Source: Limnochordia bacterium
Lineage (GTDB): Bacteria; Bacillota; Limnochordia; DTU080
Length of the DNA stretch: 64,000 nt
Direction of reading: 5' to 3'
Assembly (NCBI GenBank): GCA_050951545.1
Contig: JBMNJG010000011.1
Span: 256,001-320,000 of the forward strand
Part shown: positions 31,803 through 43,331 of the stretch, one piece after another
Position numbering within the stretch: position 1 is the first letter of the stretch
Layout: each line of letters opens with the position of its first letter
Translations under genes and position numbers: made by a program
The notes under the pieces: model-generated
What the model was told of the DNA's origin: nothing
The model's database searches: none
What the model saw: the letters and a program-made list of their open reading frames with translations, nothing else

Positions 31803-32553
31803 TACGGCAAGCGTGCTAGGCGTCGCTGTAGATCGCTTGTCGATGCGCGGAGCTATATCGAGAGTCGGTTCTCTGATAATGAGGGAAGGCCGTGAGCAGC
31901 AGGGATACGAGACGGCTCATGTGGTGACTGCCAACAGTGAGATCATCATGATGGCCAAAGAGCAGTCTGATTTCGCGGAGATCCTTGCGCGAGCGGCGCT
32001 TGTCGTGCCAGATGGGATTGGCGTGGTCTGGGCAGCACGACTCTTAGGCGATCGTCTGCCCGAACGCGTGGCTGGTATCGATCTTATGGATGAAGTACTC
32101 GCTGTGTGTGCCAACCGTGGCTGGCGTCCCTTCTTTCTCGGGGCAGCTCCAGGGGTGGCTGAAGAGGCGGTTAGCGCGCTGAAGCAGCGCTTTCCTGGAC
32201 TTCAGATCGCTGGCGTGCATCATGGCTACTTTGATGCCACTGAAGAAGCAGCCGTGCTGGAGATGATTACCCTAGCCTCTCCAGATTTGCTGCTGGTCGC
32301 CATGGGGGCACCTCGTCAGGAGTATTGGATCGCTCGCCACCGCGCTGAACTCAGGGTTCCCGTGGCCGTGGGTGTTGGCGGCAGCTTGGATGTCTGGGCA
32401 GGACGCTCCTCTCGGGCTCCTGGTTGGATGAGGGAGATCGGTCTGGAATGGGCCTATCGCCTGATGCGGCAGCCGCGCCGGCTGCTGCGCATGACGGCCT
32501 TGCCCCGCTTTGCGATGACCGTGCTATGGCACAGATGGTCTGGCAAGCCGTAG
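31777..32553 (+). CDS. tagA: WecB/TagA/CpsF glycosyltransferase
   Basis: VPDGIGVV, ERVAGID, AMGAPRQE, GVGGSLD, GLEWAYRL. Confidence 0.88.
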   Translation: MGQGVTERDTASVLGVAVDRLSMRGAISRVGSLIMREGREQQGYETAHVVTANSEIIMMAKEQSDFAEILARAALVVPDGIGVVWAARLLGDRLPERVAGIDLMDEVLAVCANRGWRPFFLGAAPGVAEEAVSALKQRFPGLQIAGVHHGYFDATEEAAVLEMITLASPDLLLVAMGAPRQEYWIARHRAELRVPVAVGVGGSLDVWAGRSSRAPGWMREIGLEWAYRLMRQPRRLLRMTALPRFAMTVLWHRWSGKP

Positions 32554-32569
32554 CGGCCTGTGATCAGGG

Positions 32570-33619
32570 TTACTGCAGCCGCCCGCGGGCTGCTACATTC
32601 CAGATCTCTTCCACTCGATTCTGGCGGATGGCATGCACCTGATCGAAAAGGTTGCTCACCACACAGACGTGGTTGGGGATGATCTGCAGCCGTTGGCCTA
32701 TCTCCCAAGTCAGGGGAGCACCGGGTGATTCTACCACGCCATGCTCCTCGGACATGCGTACGATAGACGCCTGAGGAAAGCCAACAATGACTCCGTGGCC
32801 GCTGAGCCCAAGGAGGTCGGAAGAAAGCGCCTTGCTACCAGCGTCGAGGATCGCCCGATGAGCTGTAGGCCTACTGACAACCGTGGCCACGACGCGCAAA
32901 GCACAATCATCGAGGCGGGCCGCTCCCTTCTCCACTGTGTACCGATCGTGATAGATATAGGTACCAGCCCGGTGCTCGCTGAAGACCTCTGCCTCGTGAG
33001 CGTCCCACATCTGGGGAGTGCCGCCGCCGCTCACTACGGGCACGGAGAGGCCAGCCTGTGTGATGAGGCGGACCACTTCATTCATGAAATCGGTGCCTTT
33101 TGGGATGGAGGTCGGATAGGTCATCAGGCCGCCAAATTGCAGCCCCTGCGAGTCAGCAATCTGCTTGGCTAGATCAAGGGCTTCTACTGGGGTCTGAACT
33201 CCGCAGCGACCAAGCCCGGTATCGCACTCCACGAGAACAGGGAGCGGGCGACTCTCTTTCTGCATGGCCTCCGAGAGCCCGTGTACTACCGCGGGGTGGT
33301 CTGCAGTGACCGAGAGCCTGATCTGGCGAGCCAAGTCAACCAGGCGCTGCAGCTTGGCTTGGCCGACAACGTTGTACGTGACCAGGATGTCGTCGGCCAC
33401 TTGGGCCATGACCTCTGCCTCGCCCAGTTTCTGACACGTGATACCGACAGCACCTAATCTCAGCTGTAACCGTGCTAACTCGAGCAGTTTGTGTGTCTTG
33501 ATGTGTGGGCGATTCGCGATACCGTGCCGATTGCAGTACTTCTGCCAGGTCTGAAGATTGCGCTCCACGACGTCCTGATCAATGATGACAGCAGGTGTCT
33601 CGATATCGGAAACTCGCAT
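32570..33619 (-). CDS. PLP-dependent D-threonine aldolase / D-serine dehydratase-like (fold III) enzyme
   Basis: RPHIKTHK, RCGV, DAGSKAL, SEEHG, PNHVC. Confidence 0.88.
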   Translation of the reverse strand: MRVSDIETPAVIIDQDVVERNLQTWQKYCNRHGIANRPHIKTHKLLELARLQLRLGAVGITCQKLGEAEVMAQVADDILVTYNVVGQAKLQRLVDLARQIRLSVTADHPAVVHGLSEAMQKESRPLPVLVECDTGLGRCGVQTPVEALDLAKQIADSQGLQFGGLMTYPTSIPKGTDFMNEVVRLITQAGLSVPVVSGGGTPQMWDAHEAEVFSEHRAGTYIYHDRYTVEKGAARLDDCALRVVATVVSRPTAHRAILDAGSKALSSDLLGLSGHGVIVGFPQASIVRMSEEHGVVESPGAPLTWEIGQRLQIIPNHVCVVSNLFDQVHAIRQNRVEEIWNVAARGRLQ

Positions 33620-33727
33620 GTTTTGCTCCCCCTTGAGAAACCTTCTACATTGCATCATCGACATGAGCGCCTCATATGGGCGTGGCCTGTGGCGGGCTGC
33701 GGGGCACTCATGCTCTTGATCTGGAGC

Positions 33728-34447
33728 CTAGAGAGCACCTTGTACCACGCCTGACAGTATATCAACCACACCAGCCACCATGGGGTACTCCGATACGTAG
33801 TCTACGATGGCCCGCACTGCGGGAGTGCAGTTGGCCGGAGCAGCTGCCTGACCAGCGGCCTCGAGTACCGCAAGGTCATTATCGGCGTCTCCTATTGAGG
33901 TGATCTCGTCGATAGGTACGTTCTCGATCTCAGCCCACAGGGCCAAGCCCGCGTCTTTGGTTACCCCGTGAGGCACAACCTCGACTGAGCGGCCGGAGTT
34001 GAACAGCTCTATGGGCAGCCCCCGCAGTGCTTTGGCGACAGCGGAGACTAGGTCTGGTAGGTCTTCCTTATCGGGTGGGTTGACGCTGATAAGCACCTCT
34101 TTCCCAAACTCCACGACGACATCCGTGCCCTCTACGAGTTCGTGCAGTTCGGTGACGATCTCGGGCCGTTTGCGCATGAATTCCTGGGGAACGTTCGGAT
34201 GCAGGATAAGGTCCTTGGTGAGAGGGTGCATGAGCAGCGCTCCGTTCTCACAGATGCAGTAGGCCGCGACAAGCAACTGGCGGGCCAAAGCTTCTTGGAA
34301 GGCCGGAGGCCGACCAGAGCAGAGAGCGACCCGAACTTGGCCATCGCGGTTGAATGCGGCAACTTTCTCCAGATTGGTGAAATCCCACATCGCGCCTCGT
34401 GGCGGAATGAGACAGCCGTCTATATCGCAGATCACGTGTCGTACCAT
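33728..34447 (-). CDS. HAD superfamily IIB hydrolase
   Basis: DIDGCL, CSGR, ENGA, IGDADND. Confidence 0.88.
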   Translation of the reverse strand: MVRHVICDIDGCLIPPRGAMWDFTNLEKVAAFNRDGQVRVALCSGRPPAFQEALARQLLVAAYCICENGALLMHPLTKDLILHPNVPQEFMRKRPEIVTELHELVEGTDVVVEFGKEVLISVNPPDKEDLPDLVSAVAKALRGLPIELFNSGRSVEVVPHGVTKDAGLALWAEIENVPIDEITSIGDADNDLAVLEAAGQAAAPANCTPAVRAIVDYVSEYPMVAGVVDILSGVVQGAL

Positions 34448-34544
34448 TTGCTGCAGCTCCTGTCTTTAGAGTGGTAGGGCACGGCTCTTTGAGGTTCGTG
34501 GTACGTCTATTGTTGTCCTGCGTGTGTGCGAGAGGTTTCCCGAT

Positions 34545-34573
34545 TTGAAGCAACGCCGTTTTTCCGTTATAAT
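34545..34573 (+). promoter_or_regulatory. sigmaA promoter for the S41 peptidase operon
   Basis: TTGAAG-N17-TATAAT. Confidence 0.7.
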
Positions 34574-34634
34574 AAGGGGACACATTGCCCGAGCATAACG
34601 CAGTTCGGGGTGCCATAGTATCGATCGTGAAGCA

Positions 34635-35921
34635 ATGAGAGGCCGGGTGGGACGCATGACAGGACGGCGCAGGGTGTTTCTCGCCATGCTGTTGGTAACC
34701 CTCGTAGTTGGCGGTTCTCTAGCGGTAGCCCGCCAGATCGTCGCTGACGACGAAGGCAAGCCGCGCGAGGAGCTGCGCACCGTGCTTGAGGTTATCGCAC
34801 TGGTCAAGACGCAGTACGTAGATCCTGTTGAGGCCACTGAACTGCTGCGAGCGTACATTGATACGGGTTCGATTAATGGCATGTTGGCCGCCGTCCTAGA
34901 AGATCCGTACACGCGTCATCTGGATGTGCAGGCCTTTAGCCAGATGCAGATCGATACGACGGGGCATTTTGCTGGCATCGGCATCATGGTGGGTCTCAAG
35001 GACGAAAAGATCACTGTCATTGCTCCTATTGAAAACACCCCGGCACATCGGGCGGGCCTCCGAGGGGGCGACCGGATTTGCGCCATTAACTCCCGCTCCT
35101 CGGAGTTCATGTCTCTTGACGAAGCAGTAAGTCTTATGCGAGGCAAAGAGGGAACCAAGATCACACTGACCATTGAGCGAGGGAAGACTCCTCCGTTCGA
35201 GAGGTTCGACGTGACGATTATCCGAGCTGCCATTGAGGTACCGAGTGTGGCTGATGCTGTCGTGTTGCAGGGTGACGCTTGGCCTGTGACGGAACCAGTA
35301 GGTTATATTCGCCTCACGCAGTTCAGTGAGCGGAGCAGCCAGGAACTTGAAGAAGCTCTGCAGTCGATGGCCGCCAAACAGGTCAAGAGTCTGATTCTCG
35401 ATCTGCGCAACAATCCGGGCGGCCTGCTGACAGCCGCTGTAGAAGTTTCTGGGAAGTTTCTCGATGGTGGTCCCGTGGTGCATATTGTGGGACGCGACCA
35501 TGAGAAGAAAACACTGGCAGCCTTTCCCCGTGCGACCCACAGTGACCTGGCACTTGTGGTCTTGGTCAACGGCTTCAGCGCCAGCGCTTCCGAGATTGTC
35601 GCAGGTGCTCTGCAAGATAGGGGCGTCGCCACAGTAGTGGGTGAGCGTACGTTTGGCAAAGGACTGGTGCAGGTCGTCATTCCCATGCGTGATGGTTCGG
35701 CTCTGTCACTTACCTCTGCTCGTTACCAGACTGCTGGTGGCCGTTTCATTCATGAGAAGGGTATCGAACCAGACGTCGAGGTGAAACTCGATCAGCACAC
35801 ACAGGAAGCCGACGAGGGATCATCGACGCTCAGCCCAGATGACCCCCAGTTGCGCAAGGCTCTCGAGATATTGCGAGACAAGAGCGGCATTCAGAGTAGT
35901 GAGTTGAGAAGGGCCGGATGA
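34635..35921 (+). CDS. ctpA: Carboxyl-terminal processing protease (S41, PDZ)
   Basis: DPYT, GIGI, DLRNNPGG, SASASEIVAGALQD, TFGKGLVQ. Confidence 0.92.
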   Translation: MRGRVGRMTGRRRVFLAMLLVTLVVGGSLAVARQIVADDEGKPREELRTVLEVIALVKTQYVDPVEATELLRAYIDTGSINGMLAAVLEDPYTRHLDVQAFSQMQIDTTGHFAGIGIMVGLKDEKITVIAPIENTPAHRAGLRGGDRICAINSRSSEFMSLDEAVSLMRGKEGTKITLTIERGKTPPFERFDVTIIRAAIEVPSVADAVVLQGDAWPVTEPVGYIRLTQFSERSSQELEEALQSMAAKQVKSLILDLRNNPGGLLTAAVEVSGKFLDGGPVVHIVGRDHEKKTLAAFPRATHSDLALVVLVNGFSASASEIVAGALQDRGVATVVGERTFGKGLVQVVIPMRDGSALSLTSARYQTAGGRFIHEKGIEPDVEVKLDQHTQEADEGSSTLSPDDPQLRKALEILRDKSGIQSSELRRAG

Positions 35922-35989
35922 GGAGAATCTCTGGCCGCCTGCCACGGTCAGGGGTCGAGAAGGTGGCGGCGGTAAGGTAGGTTTTCGCC

Positions 35990-37231
35990 ATGGCAGATCT
36001 AATGGCAGATTCGCTGGTTACCCAGTTGTGCCGCCTCGATCTGCTGTTGCTGGCGGTGGTGGTGCTCTATCTCATCTACTGGCAGTATCTGCGTATCGGT
36101 CGCACGGAGTCAGTTCTCTATGGCCTGGCGTTGGACAATCCGCGCTTTCAGCTCGCGCAAGCCTTGGTTGCCGGGCTGGCAGGTGGCCTATTGGCCACAT
36201 TCCTGTTCGTGTGTGTGGGCATTCCTCTTTCTGGCATCGGTATCTGGTATATCTGGATGGTGGCCTTGGTTCTGGCGCTCTTCAGCCCTCGCTTCTTCTG
36301 CTTCTCGTATGCCGGAAGTCTAGTTTCTTTGGCTCACCTTGTGTGGGGCGTACCTCGTAACCTGCACGTGCCAGCGGTGCTGGCGCTGATAGGCGCACTG
36401 CATTTGGTGGAGGCCTTCTTAGTCGCTGTCAATGGGGCCGAGGGCGCAACACCTGTCTATGTACGTTCGCATCAGGGCCATGCGGTAGGAGCCTTCTTGC
36501 TGCAAAGGGCCTGGCCCATTCCTTTTCTGGCATTGGTGGCCGGCGGGCTGGGCCCAGCGCTTATGCCTGTACTTCCCTGGTGGCCGCTTATTCGGTCGGA
36601 GGCTTATGTAAGCGTGTTGGACGAGCGCTTGATCTACTCGTTGCTACCAGTCTTTGCCGCACTGGGTTACAGTGAGCTGGCAATCACTTGCAGACCGCGG
36701 GAAAAAGCACGACATACTGCTTCATTACTGGTGGTCTATGGCCTGCTCTTGCTGGCGTTGAGCGCGTGTGCTCAGCACCATGAAGGGTGGACCTTAGTCG
36801 CAATTGTCTTCGCTCCATTGGGCCATGAGGCGGTAGTCTACTGGGGTAGGCAGCGTGGAATCCGTGGCGAACCCCTTTATGTGGCCCATCGAGGGGTGAT
36901 GGTCCTGGGGGTACTGCCACAGAGCCCGGCCGCCAAGATGGGGCTTGTGGAGGGTGACGTGATTGTGCGATTCAACGACGAATGCGTCAGGAGCAAGAGC
37001 GAACTCGCAGCAGCGATGTATCCTTGGGCCATCGCTGCTCAGGTTGAGGTGAGGAACCTTTTCACGGGTCGAACCCAGACGCTGGTCTGTGAGGGCAAGG
37101 TGCCTCCTTTGGGTGCGATCTTGGCTCCAGGTCCCGATGAGCCATGCATTGTGGATCTGCGTGAACCAGGCGCGATAAGTCGCTGGTGGCGCGAGCGACG
37201 TCAGCGCTGGGCTGGAGGTCGCAGCTTTTGA
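35990..37231 (+). CDS. Membrane protein with C-terminal PDZ domain (MinJ/YvjD-like)
   Basis: PRFFCFSYAG, LHLVEA, SPAAKMGL.EGDVI; position between ctpA and uvrB. Confidence 0.75.
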   Translation: MADLMADSLVTQLCRLDLLLLAVVVLYLIYWQYLRIGRTESVLYGLALDNPRFQLAQALVAGLAGGLLATFLFVCVGIPLSGIGIWYIWMVALVLALFSPRFFCFSYAGSLVSLAHLVWGVPRNLHVPAVLALIGALHLVEAFLVAVNGAEGATPVYVRSHQGHAVGAFLLQRAWPIPFLALVAGGLGPALMPVLPWWPLIRSEAYVSVLDERLIYSLLPVFAALGYSELAITCRPREKARHTASLLVVYGLLLLALSACAQHHEGWTLVAIVFAPLGHEAVVYWGRQRGIRGEPLYVAHRGVMVLGVLPQSPAAKMGLVEGDVIVRFNDECVRSKSELAAAMYPWAIAAQVEVRNLFTGRTQTLVCEGKVPPLGAILAPGPDEPCIVDLREPGAISRWWRERRQRWAGGRSF

Positions 37232-38376
37232 GCATAGGAGCGCCATCTCCCGAGCCGCAGCGGTCACGGCGGGCGGCTATTACTGGTATCGTTGCCGTCG
37301 CGCTGCTCTTGCTGCTGGCCAAGTTGCCATCCCGGCCAACAGAGCAGACCTATTCCGCAGAGAGACCTCCGGCGCCATCGGCTAGCGAACAGAAGCGAGA
37401 GGTCGTTTCTCAACCTCAGCGTAAGGAGAAGAGTCTTCCCCCACCTTCTGTTGCCTACACACGCGGTCCAGAGGTGGTGCCGTACGCATCGGCCCCGTGC
37501 CTGGCACTGGTGATTGATGACTGGGGGTACAATTGGGATGCTGCAGAGGCTTTCCTGCAGGTTCCTGCTTCGCTGACGGCGGCGATTCTGCCCCATCTAC
37601 CTCAGTCGCAGGAGTACGCTCGTCGAGCCGCTGAAGCCGGTTTCGATGTCTTTGTGCATCTTCCGTTGGAGCCGCTAGGGAGCTATCGAGTGGATGCGGC
37701 GGGTATGATTACCACGAAGATGAGCGATACTCAGATACGCTCTGAAGTTGAGGCGGCCATTGCTGCGGTTCCCGGAGCCGTGGGTGTTAACACTCACATG
37801 GGGTCGAAAGCGACTGCTGACGCCCGGGTTATGCAGTCTGTGTTGGGTGCGGTACGCGATGCCGGGCTGATTTTTGTCGATAGTCGCACCACGTCTGGCT
37901 CTCGTGGTCACCAGGTAGCTCACGAAATGGGGCTGGCCACAGTAGAAAACAGGTTGTTCATCGACGGACGTGCCAACGTGCCGTATATAGAGGAACGCCT
38001 GCTATCTGCGGCTCACGCAGCGCAAAGAGACGGCTTTGCTGTGGCGATCGGGCACGTGCGTCCAGCTACGGTCAAGGCCCTTCTGGGTGCACTGCCCAAG
38101 ATCCGACGCATGGGTGTGCGCTTGGTGCGCGTATCCGAGCTGTTTGAGCGGACGACAGTGGCTGGTGCCTACCCTTGGGCATCACGCAGTGTGCAGCAGT
38201 CGGAACCTGCACCGGAGACAGAACTCATCGAGAGCGAGGCCCAAGGTTCCCTTGTGGCAGAGGACCGAGACCCCCCTATCCCTGAGGAGAGCGTAGAGCC
38301 AGAGAAAAAGGAAGAGCTGAGTGAGGAAGAGTCGCAGGAGATCGCGGATGTAGAGCGAAACGTGGATGAAGAGTAG
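37186..38376 (+). CDS. Divergent polysaccharide deacetylase family protein; start uncertain
   Basis: LVIDDWG, HLPLEP, NTHMGS, FVDSRT, AIGH; acidic tail. Confidence 0.88.
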   Translation: MARATSALGWRSQLLSIGAPSPEPQRSRRAAITGIVAVALLLLLAKLPSRPTEQTYSAERPPAPSASEQKREVVSQPQRKEKSLPPPSVAYTRGPEVVPYASAPCLALVIDDWGYNWDAAEAFLQVPASLTAAILPHLPQSQEYARRAAEAGFDVFVHLPLEPLGSYRVDAAGMITTKMSDTQIRSEVEAAIAAVPGAVGVNTHMGSKATADARVMQSVLGAVRDAGLIFVDSRTTSGSRGHQVAHEMGLATVENRLFIDGRANVPYIEERLLSAAHAAQRDGFAVAIGHVRPATVKALLGALPKIRRMGVRLVRVSELFERTTVAGAYPWASRSVQQSEPAPETELIESEAQGSLVAEDRDPPIPEESVEPEKKEELSEEESQEIADVERNVDEE

Positions 38377-38388
38377 AGCACTTGTTCG
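38375..38388. promoter_or_regulatory. LexA (Cheo) SOS box upstream of uvrB
   Basis: Minus strand reads CGAACAAGTGCTCT, one mismatch from GAAC-N4-GTTC. Confidence 0.65.
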
Positions 38389-38419
38389 CCAGTGTCGTGG
38401 TCATGTGTGAGGAGGCATA

Positions 38420-40444
38420 GTGATGCAAGCTCGGGAAAAGCCGAGCAGTCGGCCTTTTCAGGTCGTTTCGGAGTACACACCAGCGGGGGATCAACCGCTG
38501 GCTATCGAGCAATTGGCCGAATCCATCAACGCCGGACGGCGGTACATGACGTTGTTGGGTGCTACTGGCACAGGAAAGACCTATACCATGGCCAAGGTCA
38601 TTGAGCGCGTGCAGAAACCGACGCTGGTGATCGCTCATAACAAGACCCTGGCCGCTCAGCTTTGCAGTGAGTTTCGCTCCTTCTTTCCCCATAACGCTGT
38701 ACACTACTTCATCAGTTACTATGACTACTTCCAGCCTGAGGCTTATGTACCTCAGACAGACACCTACATCGAGAAAGACTCATCCATCAACGATGAGATC
38801 GATCGCTTGCGTCACGCTGCCACCAGTGCTCTGTTTGAGCGGCGGGATGTGTTGATCGTAGCCAGTGTCTCTTGTATCTACGGTCTAGGCTCCCCGGACG
38901 ACTATGTAGCTATGACGTTGTCTTTGCAGAACGGGGATTTTCGTGACCGCGACAAGATCTTGCGGAAGCTGGTGGGTATACAGTACATCCGCAACGATAT
39001 CGGGTTCAAGCGGGGCACTTTTCGGGTACGGGGCGATGTCATCGAAATCGTCCCGGTCTATAACGAGAACGTCATCCGTATCGAACTCTTCGGCGACGAG
39101 GTAGAGCGCATTCTGGAGCTTGATCCACTTACTGGCGAAATCGTCGCTCGGCTGGATAAGATCAGCATCTATCCGGCGACACACTACGTCACTCCCGAGG
39201 AGAAGCTCAAGGGAGCGCTAGACTCTATCGAGCAGGAGTTGGACGAGCGCGTAAGCTTCCTCAAGCGAGAAGGCAAGCTCTTGGAGGCTCAGAGAACTGA
39301 GCAGCGTACGCGCTATGATCTGGAAATGCTTCGTGAGGTGGGCTATTGTCAGGGGGTGGAGAACTATTCCCGGCATCTCGATGGGCGAGAACCCGGTCAG
39401 CCTCCCCCGACCTTGCTCGACTACTTCCCTGGTGACTTTCTCATGATTGTCGACGAGTCACATCAGACCTTGCCTCAGGTACGGGGCATGTATTTTGGCG
39501 ACCGTTCACGCAAGGAGACCTTGGTAGAGTATGGTTTTCGCTTGCCCTCTGCCTTAGATAACCGTCCCCTCACATGGGATGAGTTTGAGCGTCATATGGT
39601 TCAGGCTGTTTTCACGTCCGCCACACCCGGCCCCTACGAGCGTCAGAAGAGTGAGGCAGTGATTGAGCAGATCATTCGTCCCACAGGGCTCTTGGATCCG
39701 GAAGTGGAGGTTCGCCCAGTTGATGGGCAGATTGATGATCTGATTGATGAGATCGAACAGGTTGTGGCCCGGGGCGAGCGGGTATTGGTTACGACGCTGA
39801 CCAAGAAAATGGCCGAGGACCTTACGGACTACCTCGCCGATACTGGCATCAAAGTGCGCTATCTACACTCCGAAATCCAGAGTCTCGAGCGCGTAGAGAT
39901 CCTGCGCGACCTGCGTCTAGGCGAGTTTGACGTTCTTGTCGGCATCAACTTGCTGCGGGAGGGACTTGACTTACCGGAGGTCTCGCTGGTTGCCATTTTG
40001 GACGCGGACCGGGAGGGCTTCTTGCGCTCTGATACAGCGTTGATCCAGACCATCGGGCGAGCGGCACGCAATATTAACGGGAAAGCCATTATGTACGCTG
40101 ACACAGTTACCGAATCTATGCGACGAGCCATTGACGAAACCAATCGTCGCCGGGCGGTGCAAAGAGCACATAACGAGGCTCACGGTATCACACCCGAAAC
40201 GGTGCGCAAGGCGATCCATGAGACCATTAGGGCTGAGCGCCCCGAGGAAGAGGCAGCGCCTGAAGCAGTCACCTCTGCTCGGCAGATGCTGGCCTCGCTG
40301 GACAGCAAGCACCTCGCAGGGCACATCAAGAAACTCGAGGCAGAGATGATTGAGGCTGCTAGGCGGTTGGAGTTCGAGCGGGCAGCGGAGTTGCGCGATG
40401 AGATCGCGGAGATGCGGGAGATCCTTTTGGAGTCTACAGGTTAG
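38420..40444 (+). CDS. uvrB: Excinuclease ABC subunit B
   Basis: [37 protein letters not shown]. Confidence 0.99.
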   Translation: MMQAREKPSSRPFQVVSEYTPAGDQPLAIEQLAESINAGRRYMTLLGATGTGKTYTMAKVIERVQKPTLVIAHNKTLAAQLCSEFRSFFPHNAVHYFISYYDYFQPEAYVPQTDTYIEKDSSINDEIDRLRHAATSALFERRDVLIVASVSCIYGLGSPDDYVAMTLSLQNGDFRDRDKILRKLVGIQYIRNDIGFKRGTFRVRGDVIEIVPVYNENVIRIELFGDEVERILELDPLTGEIVARLDKISIYPATHYVTPEEKLKGALDSIEQELDERVSFLKREGKLLEAQRTEQRTRYDLEMLREVGYCQGVENYSRHLDGREPGQPPPTLLDYFPGDFLMIVDESHQTLPQVRGMYFGDRSRKETLVEYGFRLPSALDNRPLTWDEFERHMVQAVFTSATPGPYERQKSEAVIEQIIRPTGLLDPEVEVRPVDGQIDDLIDEIEQVVARGERVLVTTLTKKMAEDLTDYLADTGIKVRYLHSEIQSLERVEILRDLRLGEFDVLVGINLLREGLDLPEVSLVAILDADREGFLRSDTALIQTIGRAARNINGKAIMYADTVTESMRRAIDETNRRRAVQRAHNEAHGITPETVRKAIHETIRAERPEEEAAPEAVTSARQMLASLDSKHLAGHIKKLEAEMIEAARRLEFERAAELRDEIAEMREILLESTG

Positions 40445-40458
40445 ATGGGATTGAGCCT

Positions 40459-43317
40459 ATGAGCAAAGAGTTCATTCGTATTCGAGGAGCGCGCCAACAC
40501 AATCTCAAGAACATTAATGTCGATATCCCACGGGATAGGCTCGTGGTCTTTACGGGGCTATCCGGGTCAGGGAAATCTTCATTAGCTTTCGATACGATAT
40601 ACGCGGAAGGTCAGCGCCGTTACGTGGAATCACTGTCTGCCTACGCGCGCCAGTTTTTGGGGCAGATGGATAAGCCGGACGTCGATTTCATTGAGGGCTT
40701 GTCTCCAGCCATCTCGATTGACCAGAAATCGTCGAGCCGCAATCCGCGCTCTACTGTGGGTACCGTCACGGAAATCTATGATTACCTCCGTCTATTGTAC
40801 GCGCGCATCGGTAAGCCGCACTGCACGAAGTGTGGCAAGCCCATTGAGCAGCAGAGCGCAGAGCAGATAGTCAATCAGGTGATGGATCTGGGCGAGCGCA
40901 CGCGCATCCAGGTGCTGGCACCAGTGGTACGCGGCCGCAAGGGTGAGCACAAGAAACTACTGGAAGACATCCGGCGAGACGGTTTCGTGCGCGTCCGCGT
41001 GGATGGTGAGATGCACGAGATCAGTGAACAGATAGACCTCGACAAGAACAAGGCACATGACATCTCGGTGGTAGTGGACCGTATTGTGGTGCGCGAAGAT
41101 GTGCGCGGACGGCTTACGGACTCCATTGAGACAGCGCTCCAGCGGGGAGCAGGTATTGTAGTGATTGACGTGATGGATGGCCCCGAGTTGGTCTTCTCAG
41201 AGAGCTTTGCCTGTGTGGACTGTGGGGTTAGCTTTGAGGAGCTCGCTCCCCGCATGTTCTCGTTTAACAGCCCCTACGGAGCCTGCCAGACATGCGGTGG
41301 GTTGGGAGAGAAAACGGAGATCGATCCGGATCTCTTGCTCGACCCGCGCTACTCGCTGGCACAGGGAGCCATCATCCCCTGGCGCCAAAGCAGCAGCAAG
41401 TGGCTTTCCGGTGTGCTCGCTGGCGTCTGCGAGAGGTACGAGATCGACGAGAATGCTCCTTTAGCATCGCTCTCACCTGAGCAGACACAGGTGCTCCTAA
41501 ATGGAACTCAGGGTGAACAGGTCAGCTTTGACTACGTGAATCGGCAAGGCCGACAGCGTAGATTCACCACCGAGTATGAGGGCATCCTTCCGCATCTGGA
41601 GAGGCGCTATCGGGAGACGCAGAGCGAGTACATCAGGCGCGAGATCGAGCAGTACATGAGTTCGCGGCGGTGCCCTGATTGCCGGGGCAGGCGTCTGCGA
41701 CCTGAAAGCTTGGCTGTGCGCGTGGGAGATCTCAACATTATTGAGCTGACCTCCATGTCTGTCAACCGTACGGAGAGATTCCTTGCCAAACTCGTGCTGA
41801 CTGAAAGGGAGGGCCTCATCGCCCACCAGATTCTGAAGGAGGTCCGGGCGCGGCTGGCATTTCTCACCAGTGTGGGTCTGGGTTATCTCACACTGGATCG
41901 GGCTGCTGCTACGCTCTCGGGCGGCGAAGCGCAGCGCATTCGACTAGCGACACAGATTGGCTCGAGCCTTGTTGGTGTGCTCTACATTCTGGACGAGCCC
42001 AGTATCGGACTACATCAGCGTGATAACCGACGCCTGCTCGATACGCTGAAGGCCTTGCGTGATCTGGGCAATACGGTCATTGTGGTCGAGCACGATGAAG
42101 AGACGATTCGCGAGGCAGATCACGTCGTGGATATCGGCCCGGGGGCAGGGATTCACGGCGGAGAACTCGTGGCGGCGGGCACCGTGGAGGAGATCATGGC
42201 CAATCCGAAATCCGTTACGGGGCAGTATTTAAGCGCGCAACGGGCAATTCGTGTGCCGCAGACGCGCCGCACACCTAACGGGAAGTGGCTACGGGTGCTG
42301 GGAGCGCGAGAGCATAACCTGCAGCACATTGACGTAGAGATCCCCCTAGGCACGTTCGTCTGTGTGACCGGAGTCTCAGGCTCAGGCAAGAGCACTCTGG
42401 TCAATGAGATTCTCTATAAGCGTCTTGCTCGGGAGTTGAACGGAGCGAATGTGAAGCCAGGGGCGCATGAGGCGGTGGAGGGGCTAGAGCATCTGCAGAA
42501 AGTGATCAACATCGACCAATCCCCCATTGGCCGTACACCGCGCTCTAACCCAGCCACCTACACGGGCTCTTTCGATCTGGTACGCGAGCTGTACGCCGCC
42601 ACGCCTGACGCGAAGATGCGGGGCTATGCTCCTGGACGTTTCAGCTTTAACGTGAAGGGCGGACGGTGTGAGGCCTGTCGTGGTGACGGGATCATCAAGA
42701 TTGAGATGCATTTTCTTCCTGATGTTTACGTTCCCTGTGAGGTATGCGGCGGCAAGCGCTACAACCGGGAGACCCTAGCGGTGCGCTACAAGGGCAAATC
42801 CATTGCTGACGTACTGGCCATGACGGTTGAGGAGGCTTGCGATTTCTTCCGCAACATTCCCCGGCTGGCGCGCAAGCTGCAGACGCTCGTGGATGTGGGG
42901 CTCGGGTATATCGATCTGGGGCAGCCCGCCACGACCTTGTCGGGCGGAGAGGCCCAGAGGGTAAAGCTTGCCACGGAGCTCTCGCGACGAAGTAATGGCA
43001 AGACGCTGTACATTCTCGATGAGCCGACGACAGGTCTCCATATCGCCGATGTAGAGAAGCTACTTGACGTACTGGACCGTTTGGTCGAGGCTGGAGATAC
43101 AGTGCTAGTCATCGAGCATAATCTTGACGTGGTTAAGACCGCAGATTACATCATCGATTTGGGTCCCGAAGGCGGTGATGAAGGCGGCCAAGTGGTGGCT
43201 GCAGGAACACCTGAAGAGGTAGCTGCCTGTGGTACTTCTTACACGGGTCAGTTTCTTGCTCCTGTCTTGGGACTGGTGCCCGTTGGCTTGCCTGAAGCCT
43301 TGAATGGGGGCCTATGA
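40459..43317 (+). CDS. uvrA: Excinuclease ABC subunit A
   Basis: Two ABC domains ([24 protein letters not shown]) and Zn fingers. Confidence 0.99.
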   Translation: MSKEFIRIRGARQHNLKNINVDIPRDRLVVFTGLSGSGKSSLAFDTIYAEGQRRYVESLSAYARQFLGQMDKPDVDFIEGLSPAISIDQKSSSRNPRSTVGTVTEIYDYLRLLYARIGKPHCTKCGKPIEQQSAEQIVNQVMDLGERTRIQVLAPVVRGRKGEHKKLLEDIRRDGFVRVRVDGEMHEISEQIDLDKNKAHDISVVVDRIVVREDVRGRLTDSIETALQRGAGIVVIDVMDGPELVFSESFACVDCGVSFEELAPRMFSFNSPYGACQTCGGLGEKTEIDPDLLLDPRYSLAQGAIIPWRQSSSKWLSGVLAGVCERYEIDENAPLASLSPEQTQVLLNGTQGEQVSFDYVNRQGRQRRFTTEYEGILPHLERRYRETQSEYIRREIEQYMSSRRCPDCRGRRLRPESLAVRVGDLNIIELTSMSVNRTERFLAKLVLTEREGLIAHQILKEVRARLAFLTSVGLGYLTLDRAAATLSGGEAQRIRLATQIGSSLVGVLYILDEPSIGLHQRDNRRLLDTLKALRDLGNTVIVVEHDEETIREADHVVDIGPGAGIHGGELVAAGTVEEIMANPKSVTGQYLSAQRAIRVPQTRRTPNGKWLRVLGAREHNLQHIDVEIPLGTFVCVTGVSGSGKSTLVNEILYKRLARELNGANVKPGAHEAVEGLEHLQKVINIDQSPIGRTPRSNPATYTGSFDLVRELYAATPDAKMRGYAPGRFSFNVKGGRCEACRGDGIIKIEMHFLPDVYVPCEVCGGKRYNRETLAVRYKGKSIADVLAMTVEEACDFFRNIPRLARKLQTLVDVGLGYIDLGQPATTLSGGEAQRVKLATELSRRSNGKTLYILDEPTTGLHIADVEKLLDVLDRLVEAGDTVLVIEHNLDVVKTADYIIDLGPEGGDEGGQVVAAGTPEEVAACGTSYTGQFLAPVLGLVPVGLPEALNGGL

Positions 43318-43331
43318 CTGGGTGATCCATA

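Noticed and set aside
34581-34610. CATTGCCCGAGCATAACGCAGTTCGGGG in the ctpA leader as a fourth copy of the repeated element
   Set aside because: Needs gaps, lacks the CAC core and is explained by a local hairpin; not counted, but worth including in a motif scan
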